Shown here one piece after another: positions 11,778 to 22,493 of a stretch of 64,000 nt of DNA. The position numbers and the translations under genes were made by a program. The DNA comes from Ramazzottius varieornatus (Eukaryota; Animalia; Tardigrada): assembly GCA_001949185.1 (NCBI GenBank), contig BDGG01000021.1:24817-88816 (forward strand), given 5' to 3'. Each line of letters begins with the position of its first letter. The stretch's first letter is position 1. The notes beneath the pieces were generated by a model. That model did no database searches. It was given only the letters and a program-made list of their open reading frames with translations, and was not told the DNA's origin.

Positions 11778-13984
11778 TCATGCTTTTTCATCGTTTCGTC
11801 TTGACTTGGGTTTACCGCCATCTTTCGCGGCTTCTCTCTTCCGTTTATTCAGTGGATTCCTGACAGGAAAATAACCATCGAAATGGTTGCGCTACCATTC
11901 CAGGTCGCTCAGCGAGTTTAAAAGGAGGAAGCAACGCACCTTGGGTCGTACAGTTCGTACCAATCGTCGGCTTTGGTGCTGGCGTCCTTTGCCAGCTTGT
12001 AGTTCTCTGCTTCGAAGGACAGCCTCCCCTTCATCCTGTCAAGGCAACCGAAACAACCCCACAGGTTTCTGCTGATTTCTTATCGTACGCCAACATTATC
12101 GTACCAGTTTAGTCCTGTAATATCTTCCTCGGCTTCTTCAAGTCCTTCAGAGTCCGCAGCTAACTGCGATTGAACAGCCGGCGATTCCTCGCCATCTATA
12201 CGGACGGCATGAAGCGTCGATTGAAAAGCCTTCAGTTTGGCCAGCGTCTGGAAAACAAAAGCAAACGCGGCTCTCTAAACTGGATGCTCAGCAAACAAAC
12301 TGTACAACACTACCCTTCCAACCGGCGCAAGTTTACAGCGTTACTGGCTGAGCGCGTGGACCACTTGGAAAAACGTACAACATTGTTCTTCCCAAGTAGT
12401 GCGGTTCTCGATGTTACAACAGTAGCTGAAAAATTGCGCCACTTGGAAAACAATGTTCTTGACTTCGAATTCCATTCAGAAATGTTTTAAAGCAGAACTT
12501 ACCGTGGCTTCGCGATCGTCCCTCTTGTCGCCCTCCTTGTTCTTGGCTTTCCTCCTCCGGCTCTCGTATATTTCCATGCCTTTCTTGTAGTCTACCACAG
12601 CAGCGTCAACTGCCTTCACAGTGCGAGCCTCCAACGGTATGTCTTTCACTTTTGTCCTAGTCAGCTCTTTCTGTAGTTGAAGAGCCTGCTGGCGAAGAGT
12701 ATCCACTCGTGAGTTGGACGTTGCGTTCTTGGTAGCTTCGCGTTGAGCATCTTCGGCTTCCAGTTCGTCCAGTCTCTCAGCTTCAGCCTTCCGCAGCCTT
12801 TGCTGGACACTTTGCAGTTCGTCGGAGGTCGACTCTTCTATCGGCTCGGAGAGGACTGACTGTGAACTCATCTTGGGATCGTCGACGACATCGTGAAGAC
12901 TCTTCGACACTGTTCGAAATTCCTAAAACAACATCCATTCGGTTTATTCGTGAATTTTCTTCGAAATTTGTCAAGAATCTTCCCCCTCATGGCTTACCGA
13001 TATAGTTGCCTCTGTTTCTTCCTCTTCTTCTTCGGCTTCTTCCCCGAAAGACAGCAGGCCAAAGTTCCTGCAAGGGAAGTCTGTTGGTCACATTACCACG
13101 GTCCTGTGTTTTCCCTCCTAGAAGTTGAGCAAGCTCGATGCTCGATACATCGTCCTCTGGTATTTTACTTGGTTGCTTTAGCTTTAGAGTCGACAGGTGC
13201 TTCTGCAGGTTTGTCCGAAGCGAAGCTTCTCGGGACGATATCGTCAAATGGGTTGATCACAACCTACAACCGGAAGTTCAATCAACCACATCTTTCAATC
13301 AATCGGAATAGGATTGTATGCAAGTACGAAGCATTGATTGTTGATTGAGTCACAACAAAACCAATTCTCAAGTCTGTAATTTAATTGTTACCTCGGTCTT
13401 GAGGATCTTGTTGAGGTAGACAGGTCTCTCATTGGCGTCGATCTCGCTCTCTCCCAGTTTAAGCATGTTGAAGAGCGTCGTGCCCACCGCCTTGCCAAAG
13501 ATGGTGTGCTTATTCTGCAGGTCGGGAGTGGCGTCGAGGGTGAAGAAGAATTGGCTGCCATTGGAGTGGTTGTCCCCGTTGTTGGCTGTGGCTAGCAGGC
13601 CGCGCCGCATGAAGCGCAGACGCGAATGAGGCTCATTGCGGAAGGGCTCTCCGTAGATGCTTTCACCACCAAAGCCAGTGCCGGAAGGGTCGCCACCTTG
13701 GACGACAAAATTAGGCGCCAGACGGTGGAAGATGGTCTGGTTGTAGTAACCTTCCAGGCAGAGCTGGACAAAGTTGCGACAGGCCAGAGGGGTTTCCTTG
13801 GACCACAGCTCGATCTCGATGTCCCCAACTGTCGTATACATGATAACCTGCAATGGAATGGATTGGTGAGGATTTTTGGCCAAGATTTGTCACTTGTCCG
13901 GAGATAACGTGTAGGCGATTATCCATCTCACTTCATTCTTACTTTTCCATTCGTCGGCGGCTCCTGGATGTAAATGTTCGACAT
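11778..13984 (-). CDS. CWC27: Spliceosome-associated cyclophilin CWC27 (SDCCAG10)
   Basis: MSNIYIQEPPTNGK|VIMYTTVGDIEIELWSKETPLACRNFVQLCLEGYY...GGDPSGTGFGGESIYG...HSRLRFMRRGLL...NGSQFFFTL...KHTIFGK; C-terminal AKDASTKADDWYELYDPRNPLNKRKRE; stop at 11778. Confidence 0.96.
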
Positions 13985-14519
13985 CTTCTCCTCCTTTCCA
14001 CCAGTGACGGTTAACGCTGCAAGACCGGCAAATTGGACAGAAATGCGAGTTGTGGAAGAACGGGCATTCCAATAATCGCGAGTAAGATGATGGACATGAA
14101 TTGGAGGAATAGTTGGAATTTTGATTAATCTCATTATATTCCAGCTTTGGGTGAATCAAATGAACTGATCCGAACAATCAGTCGCTTATTGCTTACACAC
14201 ATGACGTCATAACAAAATTCCGCGCCGCAAGTCGACGTTTCTTCTTAACTTTCGGAACGGTTTTCCGCCATAATTTCCTGAGGAAATTTTCCTCTATAGG
14301 TTTGCTGCAGCTCTGACTCTCTGATCTTTCTTCGGCACTTCCAGACTTCGGACTTCCGGAGTGTCTTCAAGTAGTCTTTGAGGCAGGTGCCGGATCCGGC
14401 TATCTGTATAGCATCATCCGTTCAGCGTCCCGTTATGAGACTATTTTGATTCCGTTCTCTTTCTTTTCAGCAGGTGGGCGGCTTCACCCTGTACCTAAGT
14501 GATCTCATCTGGCCGCGAG
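13985..14519. promoter_or_regulatory. Probable bidirectional promoter region (CWC27 / F-box-like gene) containing a CRE-type palindrome
   Basis: Head-to-head starts about 0.5 kb apart; ATGACGTCAT at 14201-14210. Function not demonstrated. Confidence 0.35.
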
Positions 14520-15828
14520 ATGGACTCGACACTGGTCGTTCCCATCAGCAAGCGACAACGGATAGACTCCGAGCCCTCTTTATCAAGCCCCGAAGATAGG
14601 GCGTCAGGAAACATGTGGCTGGTCGAGTGTCAGGCGATGGACACTGCGTTGGCGCTGGTGGCTTGCGCGGGCATTAACGATGTGAATGCATACCTGCTGG
14701 ATGGCATCCTCTTCCATACTGACTTTTGTAGCCTGCTGGACGTTCGACGGAAAGGTCTAATGGGCAAACTACAAGGCTACAGAGTGTATCTCATATCGTC
14801 CCTTTCCTACGATAACTTCCTAACAGGTCGGTGCCCTGCACGGCCCTTTTCATGTGATCATAGTAAAAGGCAGAACACTCTATTCCACGTAGGTATAGTA
14901 TTGTGAAACCAATAATGCCTCTCAGGGTTTGCATGGACTGGCACGCAGCACTCTCCCGAGAATCCGCACCGTTTCTCAGACATGTCGTCGTTGATTTGTT
15001 TTCGTCGTACTTGAATAGACTCGACGCCACCAACTCTGGGATCAACCTGTGGCAGTTGGCCCCGAGAGCCAAGACGATTTTCTTCTACGGCCCACCTTCG
15101 GGAAAAGTGAGATGGGCAAGCTTCTGGAGCCGTACACGGACCTCGTCGTTGCCAGCGGTCGGTTCCTGCCCATCAAACGCATCACCTTCGCTCGGACCAC
15201 GGTTTTGTCCACGGCTTTCCGCTCCCTCATGTTCCAGCGGGCTTCTGTCCAAATCGTCGTGTACAAGACAATGGTCAATTTCGCCGTAGCGGACGTCTTC
15301 CGCTTTCGAACGGAGCAAGCTGATAGCTACGCCGATGAATTCAATAAGAGCATAATACCAATTGGTTTCAATAAATCGTTCTTTGTCATGACACAAGACT
15401 TGGTTCCAGCTATGGACATGAAGAAAAAGCAGCAGAGATACCATTCAGTGGCCGCCATACATTTCGCCATGAAATCATTGCCTTTCAGGCAGCCCCGCTT
15501 GAACTGGATGTATCGTGAGATGCGAAGGTTCCCGGCTCCAAAGCTCGATGGACATGTGGAGGGATTACTGCGGCGGTAAGTACCCACACATGTGTCTTTG
15601 TGGAACTCCCGATTCATGGTCTGTCGATACCGTAGGTTCGGTCCGACAGATGTCAACGTCGGCGGCATGCACTTGCTCCTCCACCACAACGAACAAGGAT
15701 TTGTGGCTGCAGTTCATCCGATGGTGAATCTTCTGCTCGACCACTACCTCAAGTTGGTCAGAGATCTCAAGCCGGCAAACCAAGTACCCGCTGTACAACC
15801 CGAGCAGCCTCTGCCTCCTCAGGCATAA
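14520..15828 (+). CDS. Putative F-box-like protein, interrupted by a MITE and possibly frameshifted (possible pseudogene)
   Basis: INDVNAYLLDGILFHTDFCSLLDVRR + (after a 176-bp insert) VCMDWHAAL resembles an F-box; long downstream coding-like ORF 15049-15576; clean GT-AG intron near 15576-15635; apparent frame change near 15100-15120. Confidence 0.45.
14751..14926. mobile_element. Fold-back MITE (family B) inserted in coding sequence
   Basis: Nested inverted arms (AGAGTGT/ACACTCT; CCTTTCCTACGAT/ATCATAGTAAAAGG) centred on GTGCCCTGCAC; homologous to 10960-11075. Confidence 0.6.
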
Positions 15829-17029
15829 ACAATTTTGCGATCATCTTTAGATTTATTTTCCTGTTATGCTAGATGCTAGTGATCACCCATTTTCTACGAA
15901 AGTTCTTGTCAGGTCCAGTCAATGTCTCGTAGAAAAATGGCCGAAACCTGTAACAGGGTCCTTTCAGTCATACTATGTCGAAGGTGCTTCCCAGCCCGTG
16001 GTTGATTTGATTAGCAGTTGCGGACACATTACTGCAGTCATAGTGAACTTGTGCAGACACACTAAAGCAGTCAAATTTGATCACGAGCTGGGAAGCACTT
16101 TCGACATTGTAAATAAATGGCAACCAGTGTGACGGACTGTCAAACAAAACGATTACCCGAATTATATCGATATCATCAGACAAGTCTGACGAAGGAACCG
16201 ACCGAAAAAATCACACGAGCGAAAAGCGCGCAAGTATCGGTATGAAAGCAGGCCTCGCCTAGCAAACCAGTTTAGGATGGAAAACGAAATAGCGCATATT
16301 AAAAAAACTGGCCATTTGTCTGATTGATTTTGCACCACAGTGCTCTGCTTTTGATTTCGGCCACCATCGCATTAAAGTACTTCTCGCAATGTCTCAAGCT
16401 TGGGGAAGCTGAGAGACGCTTCGAGGTATCTATTGTATCAAAGTGAGTGCTCTATAGAAACGACAAAATCTTCACAGTTGAAGGAAGATATCTGGAACTA
16501 TTTATCCACACGCAGAACAGTGCGGAGGATGACTACGGCGGAGACCTTTCGCACTTCCTCTAAGCCCTTCTGTTCAAGGTACTCCGTCATTCTGACCAGC
16601 CATTGGGACGAATGTTTTATTTTATTCAGCCTCATCTCTAACACAGTCAGGAACACTATCGTTCAGTTGGTACAGAAAAGCTGGTACAAAAAGGGAGCTT
16701 GGCAAACAAACCCGACAGAACCGTTATCCTCAGCGGCGCACATCTGCAGTATTATTACCTAAAAGCGTGCGTCACTTGGGAAAACGATCTGTCGAGTTTG
16801 TGTGCAGAAAACACCACGACTTCTTTAAAATTCGGTCACAGTCAGGATAACAGACCGGAGTAGGTTCCGAGAGACGCTACAGGAGAACTCATTCCGATCA
16901 TTAGATCCGGATTACAATCAGACGAGCCAGACCATCGAAAATATAACAAGCAGAGATCTAAAAATCAAACATCGCTGAGCAGATGGGAAATAACTTTGCT
17001 TCGGTAATGCTTAAAAAAACTATTATCAG

Positions 17030-17840
17030 AGCTAGATGGCGAGGTCCGCGAGGCAAAGATGTCTGGAAAGCGGCCCTCAGCATGGTCGTCGTTCAGCTGC
17101 ACTGAAAACAAAATACTAGTCAGTAATATTAAGTGCATCTTTCCTGAAACACTTCTCCGTGATTGTTCAAATGCTAGTTAATAAAATGAACTGTGTGACT
17201 TCTCTAAGATTACAGAACGATCGATTGTTTATACCGTACGAGTATCGGCAACTGGAATGAGCTGGCCATGTCCACGAAAAGGAACGACTTCCTGTCCTGT
17301 AATGTAAAACACGTGACCGATTAGAGATTCATTAAAGCCTGGGAAACACCAAACAAGTACGAGCTTCGTGGACCCAGAATGGCATGCCAGAATTCCGTCG
17401 TTTATTCCATACCTGTGATCTCTGTCAAGCGCTCCGCCACGGATTCTTCCATGCGCGACAGTATGCTGGAGACCAAGGCTTGCTTCTTGGCTCTTCGCGC
17501 GACTCGTCGATGCTTCACGAGCAGATGAGTCACCAGTCCAACCAGCATAAGGAAGATAAAAGCTAGCGCGAGGCTGACTCCTGTCAAAGCTCCTCTGAGT
17601 TGCTCACAGTCCAGCGGCTATGAAGTGAGGACTGTAATCTGCGTCTGGTCACTTCCTATAGCGGTAACCGCACATTTTGTCTCCGCATAGATTTCTGCGA
17701 GATTACAGTCTGCTGGTTAGCCTGCTGCCCAGTAGTTCGGTCTTACTCGCAAACTCACATGTCCCATTGCTGTCTTCAAGTATGTCGGTCACTTGTTTAT
17801 AGTGGAGATTCCCAGTTGCAATCCAAACAATCGTAACTGT
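17030..17840 (-). CDS. Small single-pass membrane protein of unknown family (boundaries uncertain)
   Basis: TM helix GVSLALAFIFLMLVGLVTHLLV followed by basic KHRRVARRAKK; splice-like junctions near 17410, 17300, 17235 and 17103; 5' end unresolved. Confidence 0.45.
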
Positions 17841-18210
17841 ACAACAACGAATCGTCCGTGAATTTTCGTGGCGGAGTACCTCTTTTGTATATGGCGAGTC
17901 AAGGGAGCCACTAATACTGTAGCAACATACACCTTCGAGTAGAAGTCACAGGTTAAATGACACACAGTATTAGCAGTGGTGCTCGTTTTCTATAGCCTCC
18001 GCGGAATCGCTTGCTCTGTACTGATTACCGTCCAGTTATGCTTCGGAAACCGAGATTTCCACCCTATTACTTGTTCCCAGCTTTTCCACCCTGCCGTTCT
18101 CACCCTGTTCTTCCAGAATGGAAGTTTCCACCTTTTGTATATCAGAGCCGTTTAGGGTGGTCGTACTTCCACCATTTCCACCATTTCCACTACTAGCTGA
18201 TGCGTGTATA

Positions 18211-19724
18211 GAAGGCTCGGGGAAGCTGCAATAAGCCGTTCTTAGGCGTGGCTAAAACAATTTAAGCCGCGGTTAAAGCAGCTAAAACACTTTTGTCCAC
18301 GGCTAAAATGTTTCGTGCGTACGACTGATTTATTGAAGCTAAAACTATTTAAGCCAACTCAACATCAACAAATCAATCGAACGCACAATACATTTTAGCC
18401 GTGGCTAAAAGTACTGCGAGAGCTCCGCCCAAAAGGCTGGCCTTCCATTAGAGCTTCAGAATGAATCATAGACCATTTGAGTCATCGTGGAAATCTGTTC
18501 AGGCATTCTAAAGGCCTTAAATTGGGGCAAACTATGGCAAGCCTGAGCTTATGGCGGAAGATCAAAGAGAGATTTCTTGGCACAGACAGTGGCCTCTGCC
18601 AATAGTCATCTGTTGTACGTACAGGCATATTGCATTATTAGGAGAAATATTGGCTTCTTCTCCTCGATTTCGTTGCCTAAAGCAATCTCTTCTTCCAGAC
18701 TGAAGTCCCTCCGTGGTTTACCTGAGCTGGAAGTTTCTGCTATAGACAGGTCATGAGCGTCTGACCCATCGACAGCGATCGACTCGTCCATCGTTATCAC
18801 TGATATCAAAAAACTATGGAAATACACAGAAAAAGTTTTAAAGTTTCCGTTCGAAAATTTCGAAGTCTTTCCGGAGAGTAGACAACGGTGAAAATTTACC
18901 GTGTTGCCCTAAGATTCGTGTTACCGACAGTATTTTATGCCGCGGAGAGAAATAGCTGAATTGCTATGCAAGCTCCACTAAACATCGGAATAGCGTCCCG
19001 TATGCGCTATGCAAAGTTCAGAGCTTGCATAGCATAGTGGGTTCAATCGGTTCAAGCCCGCCTCCGTGGTCTATTCCGATTGGCTCGTTGCTGTGCTAAA
19101 TCTGTGCTAAACACTCATCAAGTCAAATATCAACCTCTCTAGTGAAATACTGAAAATAGGGCAAACCTTCAGTTAATGGTAGGGCGAAAAATAAAATTTA
19201 AAATGTATCGAACGCGTACGTACGTGAGGTATGCTAATCACGAGTTTGCGTAGTGCAAGTCGCAACCTCTGCTGGCTTAGTGTAGTCAGGGGTCGGAGCC
19301 TGCTCACTGTTCTTAACCTGTGCTAAACACTGATCAAGTCAAATATCAACCTCTCTATTATACCCTGTTGATCGTGCAGTGCCGTCAAGTGGTACTATCA
19401 ACAGGGTCATCAATTCCGTATTAATCGATACTCCAACATCTTCGAATGATTGGTACAGAATTGATCAATCAAATCCGAAATCACGACTCATAACTCATCA
19501 AAAACTTGAAAAAATTCTTCAAATAAATAAGAAAAATCAGAAAAAAACGGGGAATCATCCTGAGTAAAGGACTGTGGTCTGTGCTGTCTGGAGCTCGAGC
19601 TTCCTCTAATGAGTTTTCGATTCAGAGTACCTTGGGTATTTCACCTGCTTTAGCCGCATCCAAAATATTTTTAGCCACGGCTAAGAACGGCTAAAGCGGC
19701 TTATTTTAGCTTCGCCGAGCCTTC
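18211..19724. mobile_element. Non-autonomous TIR DNA element carrying a decayed Myb/SANT-like ORF
   Basis: About 75-bp imperfect TIRs (GAAGGCTCGG.GAAGCT..AATAAGCCG...GTGGCTAAAA) flanked by TATA on both sides; internal minus ORF 18606-18827 contains KPRRDFSLEEEIALGNEIEEKKPIF. Confidence 0.75.
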
Positions 19725-19738
19725 TATAAGTACGAGTA

Positions 19739-20788
19739 CAGGGTGATCACGCCAAGTGACTACCACCTTGTAATCTTCACGGCTCTGTCAAATGAGTGTG
19801 TGTTCATTCTCACTACTATTTCTATTTGATTAAGCCCTCCTTTTGCTACCTTTCGAAACTGAATTGCACTGGGAAGTCTAAGCTCGACCGGAGACTGGGG
19901 AAGGTGCATGCAGGAAGCTGCTCCGGAGCGAACTTTTCGCTCCTTCTTACTCCGCAAAAAAGTCATATCTCACTCGTTAACGCCTTGGCATTCAAACTGC
20001 CCGTTGGAAGATGTTCAACTGTAGTTTAGCTAGCGAAAACACCATGCTGTGTCATCGTACCGCGCGTTGATTGAATAATACAATAAATTCAATAAAATCG
20101 TGGCGAAATATAGGGCGGACGACAGAAAACAAAGTTTCTCGAAACGGTTTCGATCTTTTATCGACTAACAGAATCATGAAACGGTAGCTGACTTCATGGG
20201 CTATACGAGACGAGAACTTTTCTGAGTAAATCGAGCGGAGCTCAATCGCAGGAAAACTTTCCGAAAAGCCGAGTTTGCGTGAACCAACAAACTTTTCAGC
20301 TTTTGAAGAAATTTTGAATTTTTTTGTCCACCTCTCCTAAGAGAGCTCGCGGTGTTAGTAGTAACAGTAGTTGATACAAAGACTGAGCTACATGGACAGT
20401 TATAGTAAGTCTAATTTCTTGGTTTGGAGCCTAAGTTACGAGTTTTGTAACGAGGAGTGGTTTCCCGGCAAACCAGCGAAATCGGCGGTTTTAATTCTTT
20501 TGTAAGGCTTGTTTCGCCCTCCTAAGATCTTTCTCAACTTTCGAAAACAACCTGAATTGTTGTAGTCCGTCAAAGGCAAATCGAGGTTGATTACTCACAC
20601 ACGGAGGTCCAGAGACCCCGTTTTGTTCATGCTGAAAAGTCTTCCCCACCGGAAGTCATTTTAACTAACTTGTCCAACAGCGGACAAGCTATCTCTCAAC
20701 GAAAGGATCGTAAAAAGTTGTATAAATTGTCCGAAGAAACGAGACGAAAACAAGTTTCAGGTGGTAGTCACTTGGCGTGATCACCCTG
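19739..20788. mobile_element. Non-autonomous Tc1/mariner-type element
   Basis: Perfect 30-bp TIR CAGGGTGATCACGCCAAGTGACTACCACCT with TA duplication; no transposase; a diverged right-end relative lies at about 52545-52752. Confidence 0.9.
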
Positions 20789-21097
20789 TATCATGGCCGT
20801 CCAGCGAGGTCGTTTGACGGCCACCCAATCGTGAGCGTATCATGCATGATTGTCGGACTAAAGCCGTGAACACACTTGAATAAGGTCAGATAAGCTCGGC
20901 TAACACGCAGCGTAGGTATATTTCCCCAGTTAGAAACAGCAAAGTAAGAATAAAATCTTCGTCATACAGCAGATTATCGAGTGCGCTGACAAGAAACAGC
21001 CAAAGCGTGGCCACCCTATCATATGACAATATGTACACATCTTCCTATACACCCAGGCAGACCGAAGATCCTGCATTCCCTTGAGGCGACGTCTTCT

Positions 21098-21779
21098 TCA
21101 CAGGACAGGTGGTGCGGGTGGAAGGTTATCCTCGTCGCGGTAACTCTGTAAAAGAGATTGGACAAATTAGATAACGCGCAGACTTTGACTACACCTATTA
21201 TTCAATCGGTTATCATTTTCGATTTTCTCCTCAAGGCTCAACGTGACACTTACGCCTCGATCATGGTCTCCTTTGCCATCCGTCCTACGTCTGAGCGCGT
21301 TGGGCCGCATGAAATACATGACCAAAGCCAGCATCATCCAGGCCATCAACATCATCGTCCCCGTGTAGTTGCCGGGCTCTGACGTGGGCTGAGATCCCGC
21401 CGCTTCAGGCACTACAAGAAAGATGTTCCACATTATTTGACAAATGGACACTTCCTGGGAAGGCTTCACTTACGTTCGTTAAAGCATTCTCCATCAGTAC
21501 ATTCGCTTTGTGACTGTCTAAGCTGAAAAGGAGAAACACATCCCATTAACATTTCGCAGCGGAGGTAACGAGCCACGTGACACTATGTAATGCCAACAGG
21601 CGAGACAGTGCGCGACTTTAACGGGACGAACAAGTATGTGCGATAGTTCGGTTATCAGGCAATCAAACGAGGGAAGGCCTTACATAGTTGAGCAGCCTGG
21701 TCATGCCCGCAGTGTGACTGTAGATGCATTCACAAGCGTCAAAGTTGCCATCTCCTGCTCCACCGTCGCCACCATCCAT
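21098..21779 (-). CDS. SMIM14: Small integral membrane protein 14
   Basis: MDGGDGGAGDGNFDACECIYSHTAGMTRLLNY|LRQSQSECTDGECF...MMLMAWMMLALVMYFMRPNALR...PPAPPVL*, matching the recalled SMIM14 pattern (FDPCEC..SH, LRQSQSYCTD, RP, PPAPPV). Confidence 0.93.
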
Positions 21780-22493
21780 CTTTAGAAAAGGTTCGAGTAC
21801 TCGGGAAATATCACAGATTGGAATTCCGTACACTGAAGGTCACGCAGGAAGCTGCTGCTGGGGAAGTTTGGAGCAGCACAGATGGTCGATCAGCTGGACG
21901 GGCAGGCTTCGTTGCTGAGATCCTGGACGGCCCACGAGCAACTCCAAACTTTGGAAATCTGGAACGACAGATCCGTTTGGCCTACTTGGCTCTCCAAAGC
22001 ATGCGCAAACAATACCTGGTTCAACGTTACAGACGCGGAGTAGCAAAGCGAAGAAATGGCTGGCAGAAAGCGTTTGACAGCGTGTTTTGATAGACTTTGC
22101 CAAACAAACGGACTAATCAACTTACAGCGTTGGCCGAACAGTTGATGTCCAACCACTTGCCCAAAATCATAAAATCAGTGCCGTTGAAGTCAGCTGGTTG
22201 GAATCAAGTACAAAGACTCTTGCTGTAGCTTTGGTACCTTACGTGCGCTGTTGTAATTGGATTGAAAATTCGACTCCACCTTGACCTGCTTGTCAAAATT
22301 TATGACTGGTTGGATATACTCACCAGAGTCATAACTACGCCTTCGTGGTAGTATCTGGAAATTGATTGGAATTGTTGATTGAAACTGTTGATTCCATTGC
22401 TGATTATGCGGTTTGGCATTGTTTTAGAAGATTGTTTTCCCGTCTCGATGAGTTCAGCGCCAGCATCCTGTTGGATCTCGTTCGTTTTCGTCG

